Origin: Anaerolineae bacterium | GTDB taxonomy: Bacteria > Chloroflexota > Anaerolineae > J102 | DNA: 51,651 bases | Reading direction: 5' to 3' | NCBI GenBank assembly: GCA_015485435.1 | Contig: WFTO01000400.1 | Coordinates: 1 to 51,651, forward strand | Shown here: in pieces, positions 1 through 8,430 of the stretch | Position numbering within the stretch: the stretch's first letter is position 1 | How the letters are laid out: each line of letters begins with the position of its first letter | Notes under the pieces: model-generated | The model's input: only the letters and a program-made list of their open reading frames with translations | The model's database searches: none | What the model was told of the DNA's origin: nothing | Position numbers and translations under genes: made by a program

Positions 1-3
1 ACA

Positions 4-42
4 CCCCACTCCCCTCGCATGGTGCGGGGAGGGTGGGGTTTT
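4..42 (+). terminator. Intrinsic terminator of an upstream gene lying outside the window
   Basis: GC-rich imperfect hairpin (CCCCACTCCCCTCGC / loop ATGGT / GCGGGGAGGGTGGGG) followed directly by TTTT. Confidence 0.6.
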
Positions 43-52
43 GGCGTTTGGG

Positions 53-277
53 GATTGAAGATTAAAGATTAATGTACCCCGGTTAACAAACCACAAGGGG
101 CACAAAGGCATTAAGAACACGAAGAAAAAATGTATAAACTTCTCTTTGTGTCTTTGTGCCTTAGTGTTCTTAGTGGTTTTCGGGTGACACTCCTAGTCGT
201 TACGATTAAAGATTGAAGGCGTCTTTGCATCGGAGATGAGTCTTTAATCTTCAGTCTTTAGTCTTTGATCTTCGATC
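53..277. repeat. Three blocks of tandem heptamers, consensus GAYYRAA: two direct and one inverted
   Basis: 53-70 reads GATTGAA GATTAAA GATT. 204-217 reads GATTAAA GATTGAA. 241-277 read on the minus strand gives GATCGAA GATCAAA GACTAAA GACTGAA GATTAAA GA. The region is non-coding. Confidence 0.55.
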
Positions 278-406
278 TCATCCTCCTCAATCGCTACACC
301 TCAGCCAAAATGCGCAATCCTCATCCACTTTTAATCCCCAACCTTCGATTTTAAGCAACACCATCGCCCTTTCGAGCGTACAATAGAGTTGAAAGCTATA
401 TTGGGC

Positions 407-439
407 ATTGGGATCGACTGTCGCACAAGCCATCCCAAT
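407..439. promoter_or_regulatory. Inverted repeat ATTGGGAT-N17-ATCCCAAT in the htrA-like leader
   Basis: Perfect 8-bp arms at 407-414 and 432-439, 33 nt upstream of the ATG at 472. Further ATTGGG/CCCAAT-like words lie nearby. Confidence 0.3.
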
Positions 440-471
440 CCTGATCCTAATCCCAAACAAGGAGTTTAACC

Positions 472-1992
472 ATGAACATGAAACGTATCATCCTTCTCCT
501 TAGTGCCTTACTCGTCGTCGCATTCGTCCTGACCGGGTGCAGCGTCACTCAGGCCGGGAAGGATGTCATTGGTGAAGTACAGGAAGAGACGGGCATCGCA
601 GTGGTGCAGGCGCAGGAGCCCCCCACGCCAACTCCCGCGCCCATACAACTTCCGGCTGAGCATCAAGATGCATTGAATATTGCCATGGCTCAGCAGGAAG
701 CACTTGCGGATCTTTACGATAGGGTGGCACCCTCTGTCGTAAACATCAAAGTCACGGTTGGGCATCCCGATATTGGTAATGGTGGAACGCCTCCGGATCT
801 TCCTTTTGGCTTGCCTGGTATGCCTGGCGAGCAAGGTGATCTTCCCCCTCTTCAGGGCGAAGGGTCTGGCTGGGTGTTTGATACCGATGGGCATATTGTC
901 ACCAACAATCATGTTGTGGAAGGTGCGACCGAGATTTTGGTAACCTTCCATGATGGTCGATGGGCCAAAGGTGAGCTTGTTGCCGCAGATCCCCAGGCTG
1001 ATCTGGCAGTCATCAAGGTCACACCGCCAGAAGGGATGGAACTAAAACCGCTGCCTTTGGCGGAGCCCGATAGCTTACGCGTCGGATACAGCGTTATCGC
1101 CATTGGCGCCCCCTTTGGCCTGGAAGAGACCATGACTACCGGGATTGTCAGTGCTATTGGTCGGAGTTTTCCTGTAGGAGAGGGCCAGGGGCCTCGTTAT
1201 TCTTTACCCGACGTCATTCAGACCGATGCAGCCATCAATCCTGGCAATTCAGGTGGTCCTCTATTGGACCTGAGTGGGCGCGTGGTGGGGGTCAATTTTG
1301 CTATTGAATCACCTGTACGTGCGAACTCGGGTATCGGCTTTGCCATTCCCGTGAGCATCGTCCAGCGAGTGGTGCCTGCACTCATCGAAAATGGCAAATA
1401 TGAATATGCTTATCTAGGCATTCGTGGCCAGAGCATTACCCCAGAACTGGCCAAGGCATTGGATCTGCCCGAGAATGTGCTCGGCGCCTATGTCGATCAA
1501 GTTGTTCCTGGAGGCCCTGCGGATAATGGCGGAGTCAGGGGCGGCACAAAGGTCATTGATGAAAATGGTATTCAATTGCACAAGGGCGGTGATATCATCA
1601 TCGCCATTGACGGTCAGCCCGTGCGTCAGTTCAACGATTTGGTTTCATATCTAGTTACCAAAGCGGCTCCTGGCCAGGAAGTTACCCTCACCGTGCTGCG
1701 TGAAGGCAAGAAACTGGACTTGAAGGTGACCCTTGGAAAACGACCTGAACGTCCGGAACAAATGCCTCAAGAGGTGACGGGCAAGATCTCGCCAAAGGCG
1801 GCCATTGCCATCGCTCGGAATACTGTCGAAGAGCAGAAGTTGCTCAAAGGACAGATCAAAGAAACCACGGTTTTGCCAGGCACGTATGATGGCAAGGATG
1901 TATGGGTGGTTGATCTGAGTGATGGTCGCAAGACGGCAGAAGTCGTCATTGATGCAGAGTCGGGGGATGTTCTTTCTGCTGAAGTGAAATAA
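472..1992 (+). CDS. HtrA/DegP-family serine protease with a PDZ domain and a C-terminal PepSY-like domain; N-terminal lipoprotein-type signal (LTGCS)
   Basis: AAGGAG lies 6 nt upstream of the ATG. Catalytic triad contexts TNNHV, DLAVIKV and GNSGGPL are present. PDZ-like region GAYVDQVVPGGPA...GDIIIAIDG. The C-terminus matches the PepSY pattern (AIAIARN...VWVVDLSDGRKTAEVVIDAESGDVL). Confidence 0.9.
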   Translation: MNMKRIILLLSALLVVAFVLTGCSVTQAGKDVIGEVQEETGIAVVQAQEPPTPTPAPIQLPAEHQDALNIAMAQQEALADLYDRVAPSVVNIKVTVGHPDIGNGGTPPDLPFGLPGMPGEQGDLPPLQGEGSGWVFDTDGHIVTNNHVVEGATEILVTFHDGRWAKGELVAADPQADLAVIKVTPPEGMELKPLPLAEPDSLRVGYSVIAIGAPFGLEETMTTGIVSAIGRSFPVGEGQGPRYSLPDVIQTDAAINPGNSGGPLLDLSGRVVGVNFAIESPVRANSGIGFAIPVSIVQRVVPALIENGKYEYAYLGIRGQSITPELAKALDLPENVLGAYVDQVVPGGPADNGGVRGGTKVIDENGIQLHKGGDIIIAIDGQPVRQFNDLVSYLVTKAAPGQEVTLTVLREGKKLDLKVTLGKRPERPEQMPQEVTGKISPKAAIAIARNTVEEQKLLKGQIKETTVLPGTYDGKDVWVVDLSDGRKTAEVVIDAESGDVLSAEVK

Positions 1993-2025
1993 TCCTTCTC
2001 TTCCTGCCTCAAACTTTCATCTTGT

Positions 2026-2060
2026 GCGCCCCGACAATGGTTGTCGGGGCGTTTTGTTTT
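2026..2060 (+). terminator. Intrinsic terminator after the protease gene
   Basis: GCGCCCCGACAA-TGG-TTGTCGGGGCG stem-loop followed by TTTTGTTTT. Confidence 0.8.
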
Positions 2061-2308
2061 CTTGTATGTAAGTTGCAATGTGTTGTGCCGGGGATGTTGA
2101 TTTTGAGGAGAATGAGCGATTCTCGATATAATGAACGTGTCTGTTCTGTTTCATCGCTTTACATACATGGATGACTCATAAACTGCCCATCTTTGCGTTG
2201 TTGCGTTGATCAATTCATGATTGTTTGCTAAGAAATGGAGGGCTCGGAATGAAGGCAGACGAGTCCCGCCCATAGATTTCTTTTCACTCTCTGGAAGGGG
2301 CGTTTCCC

Positions 2309-3112
2309 ATGGATGCATCCAAGTACAATGCTACGGTTGTACAAAAGATTCTTATTCGGCCTAATTTGATGATTTTACGGGTTGCTACCGATGATCCCAG
2401 GGAAAAGTTTTCTTCTGGGCAATATACGACTCTCGGTCTTTATGGTTTTGAACCACGTTCTGAGAATTCAGAGCCAGAAACGATTCTCAGTCAACCGGAT
2501 AAGCTCATTCAACGTGCTTATTCCATTGCATCGGCTCGCCATGAAACCCATCAGTTTGAATTTTATATCTCGCAGGTTAAGACTGGGCAATTGACACCCC
2601 GATTGTTTCATTTAGAGGTAGGGGACAGGCTTTTTGTGGGGCGTCGTATCGTGGGGGTATTCAAATTGTCCGAAGCCCCCAAAGATGCTGATATAGTGAT
2701 GATCGCAACTGGTACAGGCATTACGCCGTACATAAGTTTTTTGCGATCGCATGTGATGGAACGCCCTCAGAGCAAAATGGTGGTCATTCAGGCGGCAGCA
2801 CGGCAGGGTGATTTGGGATATTTTAGCGAGTTAACGTTTCTTGAAAATGCCTTTCCCAACTTTTACTACTTGCCTACCCTCACCGAAGCAGATAGCACAT
2901 GGACGGGCTATCGAATGTGGATAGAAGACATACTGGAAGAGGGGGTTTTGCATAAAGAGGCGGGAGTGGCTTGTGATCCTGAGAAAACCCATTTTTATCT
3001 GTGTGGTAACCCCAAAATGATTGAAAATGTGTCCACGTGGTTAGTTTCCAAAGGTGGCTATCGCAAGAAGTCGCGTCGATCTGAAGGGACATTATTTGTG
3101 GAAGAGTTCTGA
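2309..3112 (+). CDS. Ferredoxin/flavodoxin-NADP+ reductase (bacterial Fpr type)
   Basis: FAD-binding RAYSIAS motif and NAD(P)-binding MIATGTGITPY motif. Length and order match E. coli Fpr-like reductases. GGAAGGGG RBS. Confidence 0.85.
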   Translation: MDASKYNATVVQKILIRPNLMILRVATDDPREKFSSGQYTTLGLYGFEPRSENSEPETILSQPDKLIQRAYSIASARHETHQFEFYISQVKTGQLTPRLFHLEVGDRLFVGRRIVGVFKLSEAPKDADIVMIATGTGITPYISFLRSHVMERPQSKMVVIQAAARQGDLGYFSELTFLENAFPNFYYLPTLTEADSTWTGYRMWIEDILEEGVLHKEAGVACDPEKTHFYLCGNPKMIENVSTWLVSKGGYRKKSRRSEGTLFVEEF

Positions 3113-4707
3113 TGCGCTCTCTACGAACGGTAGTTCCTGTCTTTTTACTGCTTTTTCTTTTTGCTTGTTCTACTTCTTTTTGGCAGCAGCCCATTCCTAC
3201 GGTTGGATCTATGCCTGCCTATGAATGGGCATCACACGCGTACTATGTAGCTACTGATGGCGATGATGCCAATCCCGGCACACAAACGCAACCTTGGCGC
3301 ACCATACAGCATGCAGCTGATGTGTTGAGGCCAGGCGATACGGTTTACGTTCGGGCTGGCATCTATTATGAGGACGTTGAGATCCGAGTTTCAGGATCTG
3401 CTTCGGGGGGATATATCACCTTTCGCAATTACCCTGGTGAAACGCCGGTAGTGGATGGTTCCGGTCTGACGGTGCCTGCGCCCCATGCTGGTCTCTTCTT
3501 TATCGAAAATAAACAGTATCTGATTATTCAGGGTTTTGAACTTGCTCATTATCGCTCTTCCACGCGCGATATCGTACCGATTGGTATTCATGTGCGTGGT
3601 AATAGCCATCATATTCAAATTGTAGGAAATGTGTTGCATGATATTGCCAGCACTGCACCGGTGGATAACGAAGGATTGGGCCGGGATGCGCATGGTATTG
3701 CCGTGTATGGAGATCAGGCTCCTGATGGTGCGCACGATATTCGGATTGAGGAGAATGAGCTGTATAATCTTACGTTAGGTTCGAGTGAAGCTCTGGTGAT
3801 CAATGGAAATGTTTCCAAATTCCTTGTGCGCGGCAACCGAATTCGCCACGTTGACAATATCGGAATTGATGTGATTGGTTTCGAGGGGGTGGCTCCTGAT
3901 CCGGATGTGGATCAGCCGCGAGAAGGATATATCCTCGGGAATGAAGTCTCTTTTATTAACAGTATGGACAATCCCGTATATGGAGGCGAACCCAGTGCAG
4001 GTGGCATCTACATAGATGGTGGTACACAGGTCATCGTTGCTCGCAATCGTGTGTATGAGAACAATATCGGCATCGAGATTGCAAGCGAACATCCTTTTAG
4101 AGCAACGAGTTTCATTACAGTCACCAATAATGTGATTTATTGGAATGATATCGGTGGGATTTTTTTAGGAGGGTATGATCGTAAGCGGGGCCGGACGGAG
4201 GATTGTCTGATTGTGAATAACACACTTTTTGAGAATGATGCTCTACGGGAAGGTAATGGTGAGATTTTGTTCCAATATGATACACGCCGCAATCAGGTGC
4301 TCAACAATATTGTCTATGCTAATGATCAAGGTTATTTGGTAATGAATCCTTATTCAGCGAACATAGATAACCGTATCGATTACAATCTTTATTTTTCTCC
4401 CCTTGGCCAAGAAAGTTCATGGCAATGGAAGGGGGTGTTTTATCGGGGGTGGAATGCTTGGCAGCGAACGGGATTAGATAGTCATGGACGCTTTGCAGAT
4501 CCTCAGTTTGTCGATCTGTCCCAGCCGGAGTTGGCTTTGTTGGGCATTTCGCCAGCCATTGATGTGGGCGAACCCGATTTTGCTCCAGCAGATGATGTGT
4601 TGGGTACATCCAGGCCCCAGGGGAGAGGGATTGATTTGGGGGCATATGAATACGTGAATCCGAATGTGTTCTTACCATCGGTGTTGTATCATGATTGGAA
4701 TCAATAG
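3112..4707 (+). CDS. Secreted right-handed parallel beta-helix (pectin-lyase fold, DUF1565-like) protein
   Basis: Signal/lipobox LFLFACSTS. N-terminal YYVATDGDDANPGTQTQPWRTIQHA...GDTVYVRAGIY. Periodic N-x-[IVL] PbH1-like turns (NVLHDI, NELYNL, NRIRHV, NRVYEN, NNVIYWN, NNTLFEN, NNIVYAN). The start overlaps the preceding stop (TGATG). Confidence 0.8.
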   Translation: MRSLRTVVPVFLLLFLFACSTSFWQQPIPTVGSMPAYEWASHAYYVATDGDDANPGTQTQPWRTIQHAADVLRPGDTVYVRAGIYYEDVEIRVSGSASGGYITFRNYPGETPVVDGSGLTVPAPHAGLFFIENKQYLIIQGFELAHYRSSTRDIVPIGIHVRGNSHHIQIVGNVLHDIASTAPVDNEGLGRDAHGIAVYGDQAPDGAHDIRIEENELYNLTLGSSEALVINGNVSKFLVRGNRIRHVDNIGIDVIGFEGVAPDPDVDQPREGYILGNEVSFINSMDNPVYGGEPSAGGIYIDGGTQVIVARNRVYENNIGIEIASEHPFRATSFITVTNNVIYWNDIGGIFLGGYDRKRGRTEDCLIVNNTLFENDALREGNGEILFQYDTRRNQVLNNIVYANDQGYLVMNPYSANIDNRIDYNLYFSPLGQESSWQWKGVFYRGWNAWQRTGLDSHGRFADPQFVDLSQPELALLGISPAIDVGEPDFAPADDVLGTSRPQGRGIDLGAYEYVNPNVFLPSVLYHDWNQ

Positions 4708-4737
4708 CAGCCATGCATTTCTGACGTTCAGACAAAC

Positions 4738-4777
4738 AAAAAGGCACAGGTGATGTTGTCTACCCTGTGCCTTTTTG
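4738..4777. terminator. Bidirectional intrinsic terminator between convergent genes
   Basis: AAAAAGGCACAGG - 13-nt loop - CCTGTGCCTTTTT, with an A-run on one side and a T-run on the other. Confidence 0.8.
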
Positions 4778-4796
4778 TTCTCTCAGGAGGATGGAT

Positions 4797-5777
4797 TTAT
4801 TGCATGATCCCGGCTTCTACCAACCGATCGTGAATGTCCACAAAGGCGTCCGCCTGCTCTTGCGTAATCTCTCCTGCTTTGACCATGGCATCGAGCATAT
4901 ACTGTTGCATCTCTTCAGGGTTGCCCATAAAACTGCGGATTTCGTCCATGTGCGTTTCTTTGTATTGATTCAGCTTATCATGCACCTCGGTGAAGATGTC
5001 CGCCTCCTCCTGGGTGATGATCCCTTGCTCCACGCCCGTAGCGAGCATCTCGGCATGCTTCTGCGCTTCGGCTGCGGGGTCCATGGCTTGCCCGCCGACG
5101 TTCTGTCGTGGCTGCACGTCACCAGCGCCCAACGCTCGAATATAATTGATGACGTCCCATATCTCCTGTTCGCTCAACGTGTCTTTATAGGGCAACATGG
5201 CTGTGCCAAACTGAGCGCCGCCCTCATTAATCCGCCAGAATAGATAGCTGTCACTCAACATTTGGCTGCTGTGCGCAATGGGTGCAGGAGCCGGATCCAA
5301 CGCCTCGCCAGCGGGGCCATCGCCCATGCCGCCATCACCGTGGCATGTTGCACACTGCTCGGCATATATCTGTTCTCCGCGCGCGAGCGACGCTTCATCG
5401 GCGGGCACGGGATTCGTCAACCCCTGATACTCGGCCGGTATTGGGGCCTGATGTCGCTCTCGCATGCCCTCTCCTGGACCGCCCATACCTTGGCCCATGT
5501 TGCCCTGCTGACCCTGGCCATGTCCCTGACCATGTCCCTGACCATGTTCCTGGCCATGCTGTTGGCCCGTGTTGGCATCAGCCTGAGGTGGCGTCGTAGG
5601 CATGGCCGCTTCAGTCGGTTCAACAGCGGGTTGAGGTGGGGTTGTTGGCGTGGGCGCCACGGTGGGCTCTGGGGTGTTGGTCGGCGGAGGGGGCGTTTCT
5701 GAACCGCCGCAACCAACTGCAAGATAGGCGAAAGCCATCAAAAGAAAGATGAGAAGCATTGTCTTTCGGGATTTCAT
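4797..5777 (-). CDS. Lipoprotein class I c-type cytochrome with a Pro/Thr linker, a His/Gly/Gln and Met-rich repeat, and a duplicated helical C-terminal motif
   Basis: CATCH haem-binding motif with a distal Met context (GTAMLPYK). Start moved to the internal ATG (MKSRKTMLL...LAVGCGG lipobox), which follows GGAGG. The repeat reads HGQEHGQGHGQGHGQGQQGNMGQGMGG. Confidence 0.85.
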   Translation of the reverse strand: MKSRKTMLLIFLLMAFAYLAVGCGGSETPPPPTNTPEPTVAPTPTTPPQPAVEPTEAAMPTTPPQADANTGQQHGQEHGQGHGQGHGQGQQGNMGQGMGGPGEGMRERHQAPIPAEYQGLTNPVPADEASLARGEQIYAEQCATCHGDGGMGDGPAGEALDPAPAPIAHSSQMLSDSYLFWRINEGGAQFGTAMLPYKDTLSEQEIWDVINYIRALGAGDVQPRQNVGGQAMDPAAEAQKHAEMLATGVEQGIITQEEADIFTEVHDKLNQYKETHMDEIRSFMGNPEEMQQYMLDAMVKAGEITQEQADAFVDIHDRLVEAGIMQ

Positions 5778-5965
5778 GGAACCTCCAGATGAAAAATAGG
5801 GTGTTGGAAGGGATAGCGAGGGCATTCTATCAGAAGAATATGGAGAAGTTCGGGAGAAAACAGAAGAATCTAGATGTTGCTAGTTCATGGGTCTTATGGT
5901 AAAACCTGAGTGGGCGCATGCTGGAAATAACCCGCTTCTCCATTCAGCCACTACATGGAACTCCT

Positions 5966-6265
5966 ATGAACCGACTCACTCCTGAACAAGTGCAACATAT
6001 TGCCGAACTGGCCAAATTAGAACTGACCGCGGACGAAGTCGAACGCTATGCCACGGATCTTTCCGCGATCCTCGAATACGCCCAACAACTGCAAGAGGTC
6101 GACACCGACCACATTCCCCCCACGGCATCTGTGCTGCCGCTGAAAAACATCATGCGAGCCGACCAACCGGAACCGGGATTGTCTCCCGAAGAGGCGTTGG
6201 CCAATGCGCCGGAAAGGGAGAATGGCTATTTCAAAGTCCACGCCGTTTTGGAGGGCAGCCAGTGA
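5966..6265 (+). CDS. gatC: Asp/Glu-tRNA amidotransferase subunit C
   Basis: MNRLTPEQVQHIAELAKLELTADEVERYATDLSAILEYAQQL is typical GatC. The gene sits immediately upstream of gatA with a GTGA overlap. The alternative upstream start at 5918 would add 16 non-conserved residues. Confidence 0.85.
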   Translation: MNRLTPEQVQHIAELAKLELTADEVERYATDLSAILEYAQQLQEVDTDHIPPTASVLPLKNIMRADQPEPGLSPEEALANAPERENGYFKVHAVLEGSQ

Positions 6266-7725
6266 ACGAATTTCCTGAAACTATCTACGAAGCGCGTCGA
6301 TGGCTTCAATCAGGCCGGATCAGCTCAGTTGAACTCACTGAGCTTTACCTGGAACGTATTCGTCAACTCGAGCCCAATATTCACGCTTTTCTTCATGTGG
6401 ATGAAGCATACGCCCTGACACAAGCCCGCCTGGCCGATGAACGACGGGCGGCCGGTGAAGACACCCCCCTCTTGGGCGTTCCATTGGCCATCAAAGATAT
6501 CATTACCGTCCAGGGAATGCCAGCAACAGCAGCTTCTCGCATCTTGGAAGGTTTTTACCCACCATACGAAGCCACGGTGGTTCGGAAATTACGAGAACAG
6601 GGGGGCGTCTTCTTAGGAAAAGCCAACACCGATGAATTCGCAATGGGGTGGAGCACGGAAAATTCCGCGTTTGGCGTGACTTATAACCCCTGGGGACGAC
6701 AACGCGTGCCGGGGGGGAGCAGCGGGGGACCTGCCGCGGCTGTGGCTGCTGGTGAGGCCATTGCCGCCCTAGGCACCGACACCGGTGGCAGCGTCCGCCA
6801 ACCGGCTTCGTGGACGAACACTGTCGGGCTGCGTCCAACTTATGGTCGCGTTTCCCGTTATGGGGTCATTGCCTTTGCCTCCTCATTGGACCAGGTCGGT
6901 CCCATGACGCGAACCGTTCGTGACAACGCCATCCTATTAGAAGCCATCGCAGGACGCGATCCCAGAGACAGCACAACTTTTTCCCGTCCTGTGCCTCCTT
7001 ATTCCCAACAACTTGAAGGAGGCGTCACAGGCATGCGCTTCGGACTTCCCAGAGAATATCTCACCGAGGATGTCCATCCCGGCATACGAAAAGCCACCAT
7101 CAACGCCGTTGAGCAATTGCGCCAGCTGGGCGCTCAGGTGGAGGAAACCTCCCTCCCTCATACTGCCTACGGGATGCCAGTGTACTATCTCATCGCTACC
7201 GCTGAGGCCAGCGCGAATCTCGCGCGCTATGACGGTGTGCGTTATGGTTACAGCGCTAAAGCTCCAGATTTGCAAGAAAATTATAAACGAACACGAGGGC
7301 ATGGCTTTGGTCCCGAAGTCAAACGTCGTATTTTGTTAGGCACCTATGCGCTTTCCCAAGGATATTACGACGCTTATTATCTGAAGGCGCAAAAAGTGCG
7401 AACGCTGATTCGCTCAGATTTTGATGCTGCCTTCGAACAATTCGATGCATTGGTGGCCCCGGTGGCTCCTATTCCTGCATTTCGTATCGGGGAAGCGCCA
7501 ACAGACCCCGTTGCCCTCTACCTGCTGGATGCTTTGACCCTGCCTTCCGCACTCGCTGGTGTGCCCGCGATTTCAGTGCCAGCAGGCTTTGTCGAGGAAG
7601 AGGACGAACTCCTGCCGGTGGGCATTCAATTCATTGGCCGACCATTAGATGAAGCCACCCTCTTCCGCATCGCATACGCTTTTGAGCAGGCCACCCAATA
7701 CGGGGCTCACCGTCCAGCTGTTTGA
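6262..7725 (+). CDS. gatA: Asp/Glu-tRNA amidotransferase subunit A
   Basis: Amidase signature GGSSGGPAAAVA...GTDTGGSVRQPA. GTG start preceded by GGAGGG. 487 aa. Confidence 0.95.
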   Translation: MNEFPETIYEARRWLQSGRISSVELTELYLERIRQLEPNIHAFLHVDEAYALTQARLADERRAAGEDTPLLGVPLAIKDIITVQGMPATAASRILEGFYPPYEATVVRKLREQGGVFLGKANTDEFAMGWSTENSAFGVTYNPWGRQRVPGGSSGGPAAAVAAGEAIAALGTDTGGSVRQPASWTNTVGLRPTYGRVSRYGVIAFASSLDQVGPMTRTVRDNAILLEAIAGRDPRDSTTFSRPVPPYSQQLEGGVTGMRFGLPREYLTEDVHPGIRKATINAVEQLRQLGAQVEETSLPHTAYGMPVYYLIATAEASANLARYDGVRYGYSAKAPDLQENYKRTRGHGFGPEVKRRILLGTYALSQGYYDAYYLKAQKVRTLIRSDFDAAFEQFDALVAPVAPIPAFRIGEAPTDPVALYLLDALTLPSALAGVPAISVPAGFVEEEDELLPVGIQFIGRPLDEATLFRIAYAFEQATQYGAHRPAV

Positions 7726-7749
7726 TGGCTTCTATAACCCTCAGGAACC

Positions 7750-8268
7750 ATGCTGCAGAACACGCCCGAACAATTCGCCCAACAGCTTCGCGATGGGCAT
7801 TTCAATGAGCTGCGCGTGGCTCTCTATTTTATGTTGCAAGGCGCCTTTGTGCGGATTGGGTATACAGGACAAAATTACGATCTGCATGTGCTTCCGACCG
7901 GCGGGCGGAGCTTTAGCGTTGAAGTCAAGTGGGATAAACGCGCCAAAGACACAGGGAATCTCTACTTCGAAATCGAAAACACCCACCGACAGCAACCTTC
8001 AGGCATCACTGCTACCCAGGCCGACTATTGGTGTCATGTCCTTGGCGATGGTCAGGAGGCATTATTAGCGCCAGTTCGTCAGCTCAAAGCGCTTTTGCGA
8101 TCAAGACATTTTCGAACCATCACCACCCACGCGGCAGATAGCAATAGCCGCGGGCTTTTGGTGCCAATTGCCTGGTTGCAGACACAATCTGGGATCGCAT
8201 GGATTGAACTGCCCACCGTTGAGGCATTTTTCGGGAAATTATTTCGAGACACCCATCCTCGAAATTGA
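7750..8268 (+). CDS. Hypothetical protein, possibly a PD-(D/E)XK nuclease fold
   Basis: AGGAA RBS and a clean 172-aa ORF. Candidate D...ExK arrangement (NYDLHV ... FSVEVKWD). I recognise no family. Confidence 0.6.
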   Translation: MLQNTPEQFAQQLRDGHFNELRVALYFMLQGAFVRIGYTGQNYDLHVLPTGGRSFSVEVKWDKRAKDTGNLYFEIENTHRQQPSGITATQADYWCHVLGDGQEALLAPVRQLKALLRSRHFRTITTHAADSNSRGLLVPIAWLQTQSGIAWIELPTVEAFFGKLFRDTHPRN

Positions 8269-8430
8269 TACAGCCTCTTCGCGGATTCCAGGCGTTGCCT
8301 TCCGTCCATCCCTCCTTTATAATGAATTCGCCTTTTCGCAGGTCTCAAATCGCGAACCTCTGTTCACGACTTATTCCCCTTCAACCAGCAAAAACCACCA
8401 ACCCTTGGCTTTCCATAAAACGCTACCGGC

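Noticed and set aside
89-178. A simple long hairpin formed by 89-125 and 139-178
   Set aside because: The complementary words (GGCACAAAG/CTTTGTGCC and TAAGAACAC/GTGTTCTTA) are in crossed rather than nested order, so no single stem-loop can form. I report them only as crossed inverted words.
53-277. CRISPR-like or minisatellite interpretation of the heptamer repeats
   Set aside because: The units are 7 nt with no spacers, copy numbers are only 2-5, and there are no cas genes. This is not a CRISPR array.
4767-5702. Plus-strand ORFs of 158, 146 and 105 aa
   Set aside because: They are shadow ORFs antisense to the cytochrome c gene, which has a CATCH motif, a lipobox and an RBS.
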